A program made the translations under genes and the position numbers. DNA of 64,000 bases, taken from positions 1-64,000 of the IMG/VR virus record IMGVR_UViG_3300033066_000802. One strand, 5' to 3'. The notes below the pieces were generated by a model. It saw only the letters and a list, made by a program, of their open reading frames with translations, was not told the origin of the DNA and searched no databases. Source of the stretch: a virus. Taxonomy: Duplodnaviria > Caudoviricetes. Positions 36,306 through 47,873 of this stretch are shown in pieces (the stretch's first letter is position 1; each line of letters begins with the position of its first letter).

Positions 36306-37834
36306 ATTTTCGTTAAATATTTATTATAATTAATTTTTTTATCTTCACACAAATCTATGAAAGATTTCTCAGAAAATACATACTTAAACTCAAAATTACT
36401 TTTAATATTTTTAGCGTTTGAATCAAAGTATTGTATAAATGATTTAATTCTCCTTTCAAGCGGTGTATTCTCTTTATGTTGTATATTTTGTGAAAATTTA
36501 TCTTTTTTGGGCGTAACCAAAGACCTCAAATTACATATTTTAAGTATATAACGATCAGACTTACTTTTTCGTTTATGTTTTAATTTTATATACGTATGAC
36601 TATAGTTCGATACATACGAACCTAAAGTCGGTTTCATGAAATTAGACATATCATTACATATATGGGGAGAGAATTCAACATCAGTTACCGTTGGGTCGAA
36701 TCCTGGTTGTACCGTATACTCATCACCAAAATACTTCTTTAATGATTTAATTGTACATGAGTCGATTATGTATGCACCTGTTTTGTTGAAAGCACTATAT
36801 AAACAACCAAATAATACAAGTAATGTACCATTTATACGGTCAATTGTTCTGAAATTTTCAATATTCAGTACGTAACCAAATCGTTGTAATGTTTTCAAAC
36901 ATAACAATTTGTGATAAGCACTTTCTCTTTTTTCAGAAATTAAATCAACAAATGAAAAATTATAATAACTATTAATTGAATTCAATAATATTATGAAATT
37001 TCGTATATTTGGTATTGAGGCATCGGTTTCTTCCACAGAAACACCTAAAGATTTTAAATTTGTAATATCAACATTATATACATCACATAATTTTAAATTA
37101 TATAAATTAATTGTTAGATATTTTTGATTTGGATCGGATTTATTTTCCCATTTTTTTAAATTTTGATAGAAATATTCAACGTATTCTGGGTTTTTAATAT
37201 CAAGAATTAAATTCGTAATTTGAAAAATATTCAAACCATTGTAATGATACCTATTTGGTTCAAAATATCTACAGAAAACGGAAAGATAAAATTCATCATT
37301 AAAATAATTAATATTTCTCTTGTTAAAATAATACCCCCGAACTATTTCACCTATATTATTAGATTCAGTTATTAACCCCAGCTCATCTTTTATTATTTGA
37401 TAAAATTCTAATGAGCGCTCTTTAGGTAATGTGTTTATTAATTCATTACTTAACCTGTATAGTTGTGAATTAAAATTATTTGTGCGACACCAATTACCAC
37501 CACGCTTTACATTACCTCTCGTATATGAAAAAACATTACATCTATTTAAATCTATTGTAACACCATAAAGTTGTTTGGTTATTTTTGCTCTTAATATATT
37601 TTTATTAGGGACGAGTACATATTCTTTCAGGTGGTAAAAACGTTTAATTGCGAGTTTAGTCCTATCCAGGTTATATGATATAACTAACGTATTACGACTA
37701 ACAAAAACTGGGGTTTTTGTTTCCAAACACTTAATAAACTCATCCCTTGTTAAGGGTCTTGCCCCTCTAACATATTTTTCATTACAATCCCTGAAAAGAG
37801 TTATTTCATTATCAACCTTGTATTCTTCGTGCAT
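36302..37834 (-). CDS. Hypothetical protein
   Basis: 510 aa ORF. Confidence 0.7.
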   Translation of the reverse strand: MHEEYKVDNEITLFRDCNEKYVRGARPLTRDEFIKCLETKTPVFVSRNTLVISYNLDRTKLAIKRFYHLKEYVLVPNKNILRAKITKQLYGVTIDLNRCNVFSYTRGNVKRGGNWCRTNNFNSQLYRLSNELINTLPKERSLEFYQIIKDELGLITESNNIGEIVRGYYFNKRNINYFNDEFYLSVFCRYFEPNRYHYNGLNIFQITNLILDIKNPEYVEYFYQNLKKWENKSDPNQKYLTINLYNLKLCDVYNVDITNLKSLGVSVEETDASIPNIRNFIILLNSINSYYNFSFVDLISEKRESAYHKLLCLKTLQRFGYVLNIENFRTIDRINGTLLVLFGCLYSAFNKTGAYIIDSCTIKSLKKYFGDEYTVQPGFDPTVTDVEFSPHICNDMSNFMKPTLGSYVSNYSHTYIKLKHKRKSKSDRYILKICNLRSLVTPKKDKFSQNIQHKENTPLERRIKSFIQYFDSNAKNIKSNFEFKYVFSEKSFIDLCEDKKINYNKYLTKI

Positions 37835-37853
37835 TTATATTAATTTAACATAT

Positions 37854-37893
37854 AAAAAAAGGGTTGACATATATGTTATATAATATCAACCCT
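37854..37893 (-). terminator. Intrinsic terminator closing the DUF2828 + ncRNA unit
   Basis: GGGTTGA...TCAACCC followed by T7. Confidence 0.7.
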
Positions 37894-37905
37894 GATGTAA
37901 AATAC

Positions 37906-37954
37906 TGAAAGGCTTTTTCTTATGTCCAAGGAAATAATATGCTGAACCCTTTCA
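37906..37954 (-). ncRNA. Stem + CAGCA module RNA downstream of DUF2828
   Basis: TGAAAGG-GTTCAGCA...TTTC CTTGGACATAA GAAA-AAG-CCTTTCA. Confidence 0.62.
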
Positions 37955-37976
37955 CATTTACAAAAACGTTTTTTTC

Positions 37977-38188
37977 GGAATAGTCGTTTTTTTAATAGTG
38001 AATGACTAAACTATAGGGTATTTTAATAGTTCGCCCAAAACTATAGATCTCTTGATTAGTATTATCTAAACTAAGGGTGTTTTTTTATTGCTGGTCACTC
38101 ACAAGGTGAGTGGATTGCAGCGCTTAAGAAAACAACCAAAAACTCTTCTATCGCATAATTGTTTTTAGGTTTTTGCGGCACCTATTCC
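37977..38188 (-). ncRNA. ~210 nt RNA closed by stem + CCGCAA module, with internal hairpin+CAGCAA and three repeated hairpins
   Basis: GGAATAG-GTGCCGCAA ... CTATTCC; CACTCAC ctt GTGAGTG-ACCAGCAA. Confidence 0.6.
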
Positions 38189-38204
38189 CAAACGTTAAAA
38201 TTTA

Positions 38205-39602
38205 TTAAACAGTTACTGCCTGATACCTTTCAGCATGTACAGTTTTATTCATTATTGCCACTGGTGACATATCTTCACCAGATAATACAGACTTCAAGAT
38301 CGCTGGAGAGAACCCGCTGATTAAAGCTGTTCCTTCATCAGTAACCTGTACTGGGAAGTTACCATCATGACGGCTCTCCATATTCCAGAATATGATCTTA
38401 GGCATAGTATAACCAGCCTGTGCATACCTGTGCTTGATCATGTCAAGCGCAGTTTGGTTACTACGACACGCAGAGTTAAACTCCATGTCTGACGCAATCA
38501 AAATTGCTGTTGGCATTTCCGATGGTGGTAGGTTAGCCGACTGAGCCTTATTCAGGATCAATGCAAACGTAGCTTCCAGGTTTGTTGAACCACCCCAAGG
38601 AGCAGACTGAAGCTGACGGAACCTCGATTCCAAGTTACCAGTAAGGTACTGTAACTGTGGGTTGTCATCGAATGTCAAGAATGCATTCTTGAAGATACCT
38701 TCATTCCTTTCAGAAATATAAAGACCGAGTGATATACACACGTCCATACATGTAAGGTTAGCGTTACCACCAGCCGAACACCCCATAGAACCTGATACGT
38801 CACAAACCATCAACAGACGCTCGTTGTTGTTTTCCAACCAATTTGGTAACGCATCCCACTGCTTAACAGCAAGTTGCTTATCACCCATCCTCAATGTCTT
38901 AACAACATCGTATGGATATACCGCACCAGCGTTTATTTTAGTATCACCATTCTTGTACTGATCGAACCTTGAGGTGTCGTTCTTAGCAAACGCCTTTGAA
39001 TAACGAGCCATAGCCAATGAAGGTATATGTTCGTATGTAATCGAACCCCAGTTCTTTGAACACATAAGTTGTTCTACCACCTTAGTGTTTTCAACTAACA
39101 GCTTACGGTAAGCCTTTGGTGTTAACTTCATATAACGCTCAAGAGCGATAGCTTCCTTACCCTTACGTGGCATCCACTTAGCACAAAGACCATCACCAGC
39201 CAATAACGCAGTTTGGATTAACTCCATAGCCTGAGTTTCAAGCGCTGTACCAAAAAGTACAAGCAAATCATCCCAACGACCATAGAAAGGAACCAATTCC
39301 AAGTTCTTAGACAGAACTTTTCTATTATGTTGAACAAGATAGGTTACAATATCCTTAAATATCTGACGCTCACCAGCACCCTGACGTGCATCACGTACCC
39401 AGAATAAAATTCTCATTGCTGTCAATGGATCTTCACCAAAAGCTTTAGAAAAGGTCGAAATCAACCTATTCTTATCTTGCCCTCTCATAGCACCAATAGT
39501 GAAAAATAAATCCACACATGCATTTAATGTAGATGAGTTTGTTACCATACCATTTTCGGTACGTGTGTTCCTTGTACGCAAAGCGTTAATTAATTGTGAC
39601 AT
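38205..39602 (-). CDS. DUF2828 family protein (TROVE/Ro60-like helical domain + vWA)
   Basis: TENG, RD.R.G.GER..F, YGRWDDL, AKWMPR, CDVSGSM MIDAS, STN, SDMEF, FWN, SGFSP. Confidence 0.85.
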   Translation of the reverse strand: MSQLINALRTRNTRTENGMVTNSSTLNACVDLFFTIGAMRGQDKNRLISTFSKAFGEDPLTAMRILFWVRDARQGAGERQIFKDIVTYLVQHNRKVLSKNLELVPFYGRWDDLLVLFGTALETQAMELIQTALLAGDGLCAKWMPRKGKEAIALERYMKLTPKAYRKLLVENTKVVEQLMCSKNWGSITYEHIPSLAMARYSKAFAKNDTSRFDQYKNGDTKINAGAVYPYDVVKTLRMGDKQLAVKQWDALPNWLENNNERLLMVCDVSGSMGCSAGGNANLTCMDVCISLGLYISERNEGIFKNAFLTFDDNPQLQYLTGNLESRFRQLQSAPWGGSTNLEATFALILNKAQSANLPPSEMPTAILIASDMEFNSACRSNQTALDMIKHRYAQAGYTMPKIIFWNMESRHDGNFPVQVTDEGTALISGFSPAILKSVLSGEDMSPVAIMNKTVHAERYQAVTV

Positions 39603-39623
39603 AAGTTGTTTTGATTTGTTTTA

Positions 39624-39655
39624 CAAAAGTAAGCAATGTTTTCACGAAAACCAAA
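39624..39655 (-). promoter_or_regulatory. Bacteroidota-type promoter of DUF2828
   Basis: TTTG-N20-TACTTTTG. Confidence 0.72.
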
Positions 39656-39673
39656 TTTTTTGGTTAAAATATA

Positions 39674-40045
39674 TTATATATTTTTTTTCTTAATGTTTTT
39701 TTCAGATATTTCAGCAACTTTCATGCCGATATCTGTAGCCTTATAGAGGCAGTTACCTTCATTGTCGATACCACAAATATCGACTAATCCCTTATCATAA
39801 AGGGAGTTTACAGTTATTAGTAAAACTTCTTTAGTTGTTTCCTGAATTATTGATATAAATTCATCTTCGTCAATTGACGGATCACCAGATGAAAGGATAT
39901 TTTCATTACATTTTTTTATTAAATATCGTTCAAAAATTTCTTTTTCAATCATTGGGTTCTCACTTGGAAGAAAAAAACCTTCTTTTTCCAAATTAACTAT
40001 CATGTTTTTTACATAAATCAGAACATCGATTTCTCCGTTACTCAT
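39674..40045 (-). CDS. Hypothetical protein (winged-helix-like C-terminus)
   Basis: SLYDKGLV...Y..T..G pattern. Confidence 0.6.
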   Translation of the reverse strand: MSNGEIDVLIYVKNMIVNLEKEGFFLPSENPMIEKEIFERYLIKKCNENILSSGDPSIDEDEFISIIQETTKEVLLITVNSLYDKGLVDICGIDNEGNCLYKATDIGMKVAEISEKNIKKKNI

Positions 40046-40078
40046 GTTTTTAATTTACACAAAACTAAACAATATATT

Positions 40079-40432
40079 TCAGATAATCAAATCAATTGTA
40101 GAAAAACTTTTTACAATAAATGGAATATCCCTATTATCCCATTTATTCTTTTTCTCATGATATTTTTGGTATTCACGCCTATTATCCTTGGTAAGATTAA
40201 AAATGCTTATCGGAGTATCCTCAAACACTTTATTGTTTATGAAGTGTAAATCACCTATTTCACACTCATAATCGTCCGAATTCAGATTACTCAATTCGAC
40301 ACTTATATACTGATGGCGCTGATCAGGCGAAATTAAATAGATCTTTAACTTATTATTAATTTTATCATATGTACCAAATTCATACATGAATAATGATTCA
40401 AATTTTTTTAATTTAGTTATGAAGTCCTTCAT
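40079..40432 (-). CDS. Hypothetical protein
   Basis: 117 aa ORF. Confidence 0.6.
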   Translation of the reverse strand: MKDFITKLKKFESLFMYEFGTYDKINNKLKIYLISPDQRHQYISVELSNLNSDDYECEIGDLHFINNKVFEDTPISIFNLTKDNRREYQKYHEKKNKWDNRDIPFIVKSFSTIDLII

Positions 40433-40503
40433 CTTTTTTAGTTTTAGAAACTATTTATTGATAGACAGTAAAATAAAAGACAACTATTATAAATATAAAG
40501 ATC

Positions 40504-40863
40504 ATGACTGAAAAGTTAACCATAAAGAAAAACGAGATACAAAATCTTATTGAAAACGAGATAAAACAATATAAACCCCAATTGGAAGATATGGGTGGTG
40601 GTCTTGGCGATGATACTGATCGTAAAATTGATTATACAAAGAAACCTGAAGAATCTGGTGTTAAAACCAAATTTAAACTAAAGGAACCAATTCCTGAACT
40701 TCTTGAGTATTTAAGTAAACTCGGAGAAGCCAGAGGTATACTTACTAAATGCGCTGCGGCACATAAGAACGAAGAAGTTCAAAAAAAATTATACTCACAT
40801 TACGAGAAAAACAATAAATTAGCCCTTGAAATGATCAGGGACTTCGGTATTATTGAACATTAA
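40504..40863 (+). CDS. Hypothetical protein
   Basis: 119 aa; TATTTAT motif at ~40452. Confidence 0.65.
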   Translation: MTEKLTIKKNEIQNLIENEIKQYKPQLEDMGGGLGDDTDRKIDYTKKPEESGVKTKFKLKEPIPELLEYLSKLGEARGILTKCAAAHKNEEVQKKLYSHYEKNNKLALEMIRDFGIIEH

Positions 40864-41788
40864 AATTCTCCTGGGTAGCTAATTTTGTTAATAATTCTTT
40901 CTCAGAATCATTTATTGTTAATGGCATTTTAGGTACTATTTCAACAAATAGATCACCTTTACCATAAGTTGTTTGTAAACCTTTTTTGGGTATTCTATAC
41001 TTCTGTGTTAATTTACCATCTGATTTATATTTCATTTTAATATCACCGTCAAAATGATTAATAACGATTTCATTACCCAATAAGTAATCAACTAAAGATA
41101 CCACTTTCTGCGTTAATAAATTTGATTTATCAATCATCATGAAATTTTCATCTTTCTTTACACTTAAAGTTATAAGAAGATCTGAATAAGCACCATTGCT
41201 ATGCTGATCACCCTGACCCCTTAATATAATCTGATCGGTTGTTAATTGAAATTCAACAGTTCTCTTTTCAGTCTTAACAACATTTGATCGTACTCTACCT
41301 GTACCGAAACAATCATCACACATAACCATATGTTCATAACCATCCTCAACATGCTTACCAAGGAAACCACTACCATTACATTTAGTACAAACCGTGTTAG
41401 GTGAATGTATATGTCTATCAAATGTTACCGTAACCCTCTTACCTTCATATAAATCCTTTAATGTACATTCATAATATAATGGTTGCATAGGGGCTGTTTG
41501 TTTCCTAACACTACTAAACAAATCATCCATATTGAAACCTCTGGTATTACGAAACGAACTAAACGGGTCTTTAGTAGTTGTTGGGTGATCATATTTAGCT
41601 CGTTTTGTAACATCCGACAAAACATCATTAGCTTCATTTATATCCTTAAATTTAGCCTCAGCATCTGGGTCACTGTTCTTATCTGGATGATATTGTAATG
41701 CAAGTTTGCGATAAGCTTTTTTTATATCATCTTTACTTGCCTTTTTATCAATTCCGAGTATCTTATAGTAATCTTTAGTAATATTCAT
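40850..41788 (-). CDS. dnaJ: DnaJ chaperone
   Basis: J-domain with HPD, two CxxCxGxG motifs, C-terminal substrate domain. Confidence 0.9.
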   Translation of the reverse strand: MNITKDYYKILGIDKKASKDDIKKAYRKLALQYHPDKNSDPDAEAKFKDINEANDVLSDVTKRAKYDHPTTTKDPFSSFRNTRGFNMDDLFSSVRKQTAPMQPLYYECTLKDLYEGKRVTVTFDRHIHSPNTVCTKCNGSGFLGKHVEDGYEHMVMCDDCFGTGRVRSNVVKTEKRTVEFQLTTDQIILRGQGDQHSNGAYSDLLITLSVKKDENFMMIDKSNLLTQKVVSLVDYLLGNEIVINHFDGDIKMKYKSDGKLTQKYRIPKKGLQTTYGKGDLFVEIVPKMPLTINDSEKELLTKLATQENFNVQ

Positions 41789-42415
41789 ATGTATAAAATT
41801 GTTTTATATAATTCTGGTAAACGCATCAAAACAATGGGTTCATTTAAAACCTATAGTGAAGCTTTGAATAAATATAATATTTTTTTAGCAGAAAACCAAG
41901 TTTTCTTTCCAAAAAAAAGTATGTGGGATGGTAAATCATCTGATTATGAACTAATTTTAACGGGACCTAAAAACACAAAAAAAATCGAATATATAAGAAA
42001 TGAATTCGGCGCCCTTGTTGAATTAAAGACTTCTGGTGATTTTGTTATAAAAAAAATTGCTGAGTATAGTGTGGAAGAGATTATAACCCATAAAAACACT
42101 AATAAGCGTTATGATTTTAGAGGTCTAATTAAATTTTTAATGAGTACTGACTCAACTAAAGTCATAACAACATTAAATAATAAATTAGCTGTGGAATATT
42201 ATGATAGCGATCATATTGACCTGTTCATATTGAAGAATAATGAAGATTCTATGCGTTTAAACGATCTAATTAAAGATTTCGCATATTCTAACGGTGTTGG
42301 TAATTTCCTATTTTTTAATAACCCAAGCAAAGAAAATAAGCAACTACTTTATGATAAAATTGTTGCTTACTTAAACGTTGACAGATGGTATTTGATCCGA
42401 CTATCAACCAGGTAA
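41789..42415 (+). CDS. Hypothetical protein
   Basis: 208 aa ORF exactly filling the gap. Confidence 0.68.
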   Translation: MYKIVLYNSGKRIKTMGSFKTYSEALNKYNIFLAENQVFFPKKSMWDGKSSDYELILTGPKNTKKIEYIRNEFGALVELKTSGDFVIKKIAEYSVEEIITHKNTNKRYDFRGLIKFLMSTDSTKVITTLNNKLAVEYYDSDHIDLFILKNNEDSMRLNDLIKDFAYSNGVGNFLFFNNPSKENKQLLYDKIVAYLNVDRWYLIRLSTR

Positions 42416-42834
42416 ACGTTTGAATACAAATTTCACGTCAAAAAATGATATTTCAAACACATCTTGTGATTGGTAACCATTAATCGATTTATTTATTTTT
42501 GCGTAACATTCTTGTTGTAAAAATTCGTGTTCAACCCTATCCAAATAATAAACAACTTCCATCCCTTTCCGATAGAAATTTTCAATTTTTTTTAAATTCT
42601 TAGATATTAAGTATAAATTATCTAATTTCATAATACTTTAAACAATTTCTTAAAGAATTTTTTTATTTTTGATTCCTTATTTTCAGCTTCTTTAACCGCA
42701 TAAACCTTATCCATTTCCTTCTTGTAGTCGGTTTTTATATCGGCTATTAATTTCCTTTTCTGTATTAACAACTCATAATTATCCTTTAACCTTTCACGTT
42801 CAAAGGCGAGTCTTTCATATTCATTCGATGTCAT
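42404..42834 (-). CDS. Two small coupled hypothetical proteins (42404-42631, 42628-42834)
   Basis: ATGA overlaps. Confidence 0.6.
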
Positions 42835-43433
42835 ATTTTTAAAGGTTCTTTTGTAATGAATATAGTAAAATCATCATTTGTATATCCTTGTATTAAATAC
42901 ACATTTTGGTGTTGACTTTTAAGTTCGCTTAACATTTCATGAGGATCATAACAATTAAAACCCATCTCAATAAAAGCCTCAGATTTTAATAAGAAATTAA
43001 ATGCGAAACCTTTGCTAACTTTAGTAAGTATTTCACTTATTTTACCAAATATTTCTTCTTTAGTTAAACCGTAAGTAAACACACCAGATGCTAAAGCCCA
43101 GTCATACACACAATTCTCACCTTCAATATCACCAACCTTAAGATTACTATCTGTAAATATATCTTTAGCTATTTGTATATATTTTTCATTAATATCTATA
43201 CCTGTATAATCAACATCAATATTCTTTATTTGTAAAAAATTAATTAGATGACCAAGACCACAGCCGTAATCCAATATTTTATCACCTGGTTTAACACCTA
43301 TGGCTAATAATGCAGCGAATCTGGAATCTTGGGCGTATTTATTATTCCACCCAACTTTCTTTGGGTCGAACATATCATCATTATCCGAACACTCAATAAA
43401 AGTGTTATACATTTTAATTATTTTATCACTCAT
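42831..43433 (-). CDS. Class I SAM-dependent methyltransferase
   Basis: ILDYGCGLG, YTGIDIN, ASGVF. Confidence 0.88.
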   Translation of the reverse strand: MSDKIIKMYNTFIECSDNDDMFDPKKVGWNNKYAQDSRFAALLAIGVKPGDKILDYGCGLGHLINFLQIKNIDVDYTGIDINEKYIQIAKDIFTDSNLKVGDIEGENCVYDWALASGVFTYGLTKEEIFGKISEILTKVSKGFAFNFLLKSEAFIEMGFNCYDPHEMLSELKSQHQNVYLIQGYTNDDFTIFITKEPLKI

Positions 43434-43765
43434 AATTCCCTTTTTAAATTGTCCTCAAATAAGGACTGTATGATATACAATAGCCAAACAAAACTAACAA
43501 CGGAAAAAGCATCGAAAAGTATGCTATAAATAAATCGTATATTCCCAGGATTCTCTAATTGTATTAATAGATTATTCGTTGGTGAGTAACCCAATAATAA
43601 TACGCTGAATAATCCAACCCAAAAACCAGTACACATCATACAATTAAGTAATTTATGTATAAAACCCTTTTTAAAAAAATTTCTAATAGGTCTAAAGATC
43701 ACACTTTGCACTATTAGTGTTGTTAACCCATAACAACCGAGATAAAATAGTAATAAGTTAAGCAT
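43430..43765 (-). CDS. DUF1360-like membrane protein
   Basis: Hydrophobic helices, LLNCMMCTGFWVG. Confidence 0.65.
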   Translation of the reverse strand: MLNLLLFYLGCYGLTTLIVQSVIFRPIRNFFKKGFIHKLLNCMMCTGFWVGLFSVLLLGYSPTNNLLIQLENPGNIRFIYSILFDAFSVVSFVWLLYIIQSLFEDNLKREL

Positions 43766-44927
43766 TATGTGTCATATTGTTTTCTTCAGGTGTTGCTATT
43801 CTCTCCGCACTCATATCAAATTGTAACGTTTTTAAATCATCATAATTTGTTTCCATGAATATACGCTTAAGTTCATTCATTTTCTGTTCAAATAAGCCTC
43901 TTTTTTTCTCAACCTCAAGATTGTATTCAATTATGTTACTAACGATGTTAAATAGGTTTAAAAACGTGGTTGTTGCTGAATATAGTATGTAGTAATTCAT
44001 AGCCCCATCACCAGAAGCCTTTTGTTTCTGCACCTTAGTTTCTGTTGAAATAGTATCCTCTGGTATAACCCAATCATTTTTAATCCAAAAATCAATAACT
44101 TTTTGATTATTTGGTGTTATCCTACAACCGAAAATATTCTCAGGATATTTTTTAAATAAATCATCTACATTCATAGTCCGATACCTTTTACAATTGATGC
44201 CAATAACACAGCTAATGATATACAAACATAGATTAATTCTCTATTTGTTAGTTTGTATTTTTTTGGTTGTTCACTTCTGAAATTCATCGTAAATAAATAC
44301 GCATGTCGTAATATAACGAGTAGTGAAACAAAAAACCCAATATATAATATTTTATTAATAAGTTCAATTAACATAATTTAGTTTTTACAAAGGTAAGAAA
44401 TTTTTACACAAATATCAACGTTTATTCGAAAAAGATTTATTCATTGTCTTGTACATTTCAATGAATAGATCATATTCAGATCTCGTCTTAACTTTATCAA
44501 TTGATATGATCTCTGACCAGAAATTATATATGAAGTTGAATAAGTATTCTTCTTTATTATCAGCATTATAAAATTTATCATTAAAATAATTCCAATAATA
44601 ATAGTAATGTTCACCTTTTTCAGCTATATGTATGTTTTCCTCTTTAAGGTTTTTTATTGTTTTATTCCAACACCAATTAAAATGTGTTGTTACATTTTCA
44701 TCACTAACAATTATATCATCACCTAAATATGTGTCATATATATAAAATGCTAATGTCAATGTAAAATCTCTAAATAAATCAACTTTTTCAATCGTAACAC
44801 AGTTTAATGTGTTTAAATAATTTAATTGATCAAATGTTAATGGTTTAGAAAAATAATCAATAAACTTAGTCCCAGGTTTATATTTCTCCATATAAATAAA
44901 TATGGACTTCTTTAATAGGAAGTCCAT
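43758..44927 (-). CDS. Three hypothetical proteins (43758-~44173, 44171-44374 membrane, 44415-44927)
   Basis: ORF track, tight packing. Confidence 0.6.
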
Positions 44928-44953
44928 ATTTAAAAATATTATTTATGTTTTAT

Positions 44954-47028
44954 TTAGAATAATTTTTTCATTCTCGCAAGTTGCTCATTAACCCTCTTCG
45001 ATTTATCTAAAGCGTAATTATTATTCTTAGCAGCTTTATTACCTGTAACACTCGTTCTTTTGTATTGTTTATCAGGTTCCGTAACTTGTATTGGGTTTGG
45101 TTGGAAATCATTATCCGCAAACTCCTGATTTTCTTGTGATGCTTTGATCATTCTCTCACCAACTTTACTTTCAGTATCTATGTTAGCCTCTTTACCAACA
45201 ATTTTTTCATCACGTTTTCTTGAATGACCTGTTGTAACTTCCATCTCAACCCTATCCTTGTAATCATCCGAAACTTCATTTGTATAATCCAAGTTTAAAG
45301 CATTTTTATACCCCAAATGAAAATCTTTAAGATCTTTTTGATATCCATTCTCCATATTTGGGGCAAATTTCTGATTCGTTAAATTATCGGCTTTTTGTTC
45401 AATTGTCTTCTGACTATCCTCAGCATCTTTTAAGCCATCAACAACCGATTCTTTAGCGTTCTTATTATTCTCGGTGTCATAACCCTTACTCTTTACTGCT
45501 TGAAATTTAGGCAACTCATTTTCCTGTAAACCCAATTCCTCAATACCTTCTTCATCCTCTTCGTCACCACCTAAACTATGCATTAATGACATACCTGGAA
45601 TTTTGACATCCATATCATTAGTTTCAGGTGTATTTGTACCTGATGTTTCTTCTGAACCAAGATGTAAAACAACATCTTCAAGATTTTGGAAACTAACCGA
45701 TATTTTATCCTGAATCCACGATTCAAGTTCCTGATCTGGATTTACCTTATTCACAATTGTTTCAATGAATTCCATCATCCAATGTAATTTTTCAACATAT
45801 GTGGATCCGTTTGGTTCTTCATTTACTATCGGATCAACTGGGGCTTCTTGATCAGGAATCGATTGATCAACATCATCATTGATGTTTTCAACACCACCTT
45901 GTAAATTATTTTCCAAATCTTCAACACCAGCCTCTTCCATTGACCCATAATTTTCAGAAATCCACTCCCTTACATAGTCCCCACACTCATTTTGAGCGCT
46001 ATTCATACTCTCAAACATTTCATTACAAAGATCATCATCTTCCATCATAGCGTGGTAATGATTATCAATAGAATCACCCTCATCTATTGTTTCAGGTAAA
46101 AAACCTTCCATTTGTAATATTTCGTTCATGCACTTCGATGCGTTTTCGTAAGTCATCATCTCATTCATGCATTCTCTTATTTGATCTAAATTCATATTAA
46201 TTTTTTTTATTTGTTGTTATTGTTTCTTAGATAAATACCCACCTCTTATTGTTTTTACTATATAATTTGGCGTTTTATTTGTCATTTTAGCAATCTCGCA
46301 CACATATTCATAACAATTTGGGCACATTTCATCTTTAGATTCACCAATTAATTTAATTGGGTTGTCTACCGCACCTTGATTGCAATATGGGAATGTTTGA
46401 CATTTCGGCTTAACCTCAACGAACTTACCCCCGTCATATGCTGGTGTTTTCGCTACAGGTGTTTTTTGTCGACTAAACCATTCTTTAATATCTTTCTTAA
46501 GTATAGTTTCTTCTTCAAATGTACCCTGTGGTGCTGTAACCATCTTATTACCAGGAACCAGGCGTTTATTAAATTTTCTTTTAGAGATACCCATAAGCGG
46601 CACTTCAATAGCCCCACCAACAGAACTTATAGTTGTCCCACCAGCAAAACCACCAGCAGCGCCAGCATCTTCCAAAACCTGTTCCTTAGTCTTTATCATT
46701 AATTAGACGAATTTTTTAAATCGTTACTCCAAAAACCACGTTTCATCCAAAGATTTTTATACATTTGGATAAGCACATTTCTTGATATTTCTACCATATG
46801 TTTTTCAAGATCTTTATCAGAATTTATAGCTTCCTTAACCATTTTTTGAATTTTAACCTCCAAATCACCTGTTTTGGTCATATTCAAAAATTCTTTAATC
46901 TCTCTTTTAACGATATTTTTTACATCGTCTTTACTAATAGAAGTATCACCCTCATTTAGGGTTTCTTTACCATCCAAAACCTCTTTTATCCACTCAGTTA
47001 ATTGTTTATCAGATACTTTTACTTTCAT
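44954..47028 (-). CDS. Three co-oriented hypothetical proteins, possibly virion-associated (44954-46195 very acidic, 46217-46699, 46699-47028)
   Basis: Unit preceded by TATTTAT motif at ~47044. Confidence 0.6.
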
Positions 47029-47051
47029 AATGTCATATTTACTATAAATAT

Positions 47052-47870
47052 TTATTTTTTTCGCAAAGTGATGTAATAACCAAAACTAATATTTGGCGTA
47101 TATATAATTTTGTTGTTACTATATCCAACACCTAATGGTGCTAAAAATAAACCCCAACCTGATTGTAGTTTATATTTACCCTTCCCTTGACTTGGTGTTA
47201 CATTTTCTTGCCAAGGTTTATCCAATATTTCAACATTTCTAAAGTCGAATCTTATCTGTTTTTCTGATATTTGATTACCCATTTTACCAAAACTATCCAC
47301 ATAAAATGGTGTTATTTTAGTTCTTGTAAATTTAGTTACTTTATCTTCATATTGACTAACAACAAATGTAAAATTAAACTTAAAATCCTTAATTAAGGTG
47401 GAATCTGGTAATATATTAATATTATTACCATCTTTATTAACCATAAACCAAGACGTTCCACCTATAGTTCTAACACTATCAATAGATTTGAAGTCCAGTC
47501 CGTATTTTTTGGTTATACTATCATACCTCAACTTATTGATTACAGATACGTCAACAGGTACATAAACTGGTTTAACCACTGTAATTTCTTTAGATTTTGC
47601 ACCCTGCAAACTATCCACCTTATTTAAAGTACGATATAGTTGAGAATCTAAAGATTGTAATTGTTTTTTTGTTAATTTAAGTTGAATTGAACTGTCAGTT
47701 ATAGCAGCTAAATTTTGATCAGCTATATGTGTAGCTATCTTAAACTTATCTTTATATTCTTTAGTTTTATTACACTGATGTAGTGAAAATGCTGCTAACA
47801 AAATTATTAGTCCAAACATTATTAATTTAATATTCTTTAATATTAAATTAAAGAAACCCATGATACCCAT
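47052..47870 (-). CDS. Membrane-anchored coiled-coil protein (spanin-like candidate)
   Basis: N-terminal TM helix ending ..HQC, coiled coil, C-terminal beta-strands; near amidase. Confidence 0.45.
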   Translation of the reverse strand: MGIMGFFNLILKNIKLIMFGLIILLAAFSLHQCNKTKEYKDKFKIATHIADQNLAAITDSSIQLKLTKKQLQSLDSQLYRTLNKVDSLQGAKSKEITVVKPVYVPVDVSVINKLRYDSITKKYGLDFKSIDSVRTIGGTSWFMVNKDGNNINILPDSTLIKDFKFNFTFVVSQYEDKVTKFTRTKITPFYVDSFGKMGNQISEKQIRFDFRNVEILDKPWQENVTPSQGKGKYKLQSGWGLFLAPLGVGYSNNKIIYTPNISFGYYITLRKK

Positions 47871-47873
47871 ATG

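Noticed and set aside
37990-38077. Mini CRISPR array
   Set aside because: Variable parts are 7-8 nt, repeats are degenerate, and no cas genes are present; the PD-(D/E)XK gene at 54865 sits in a replication cluster and lacks Cas4 Cys motifs.
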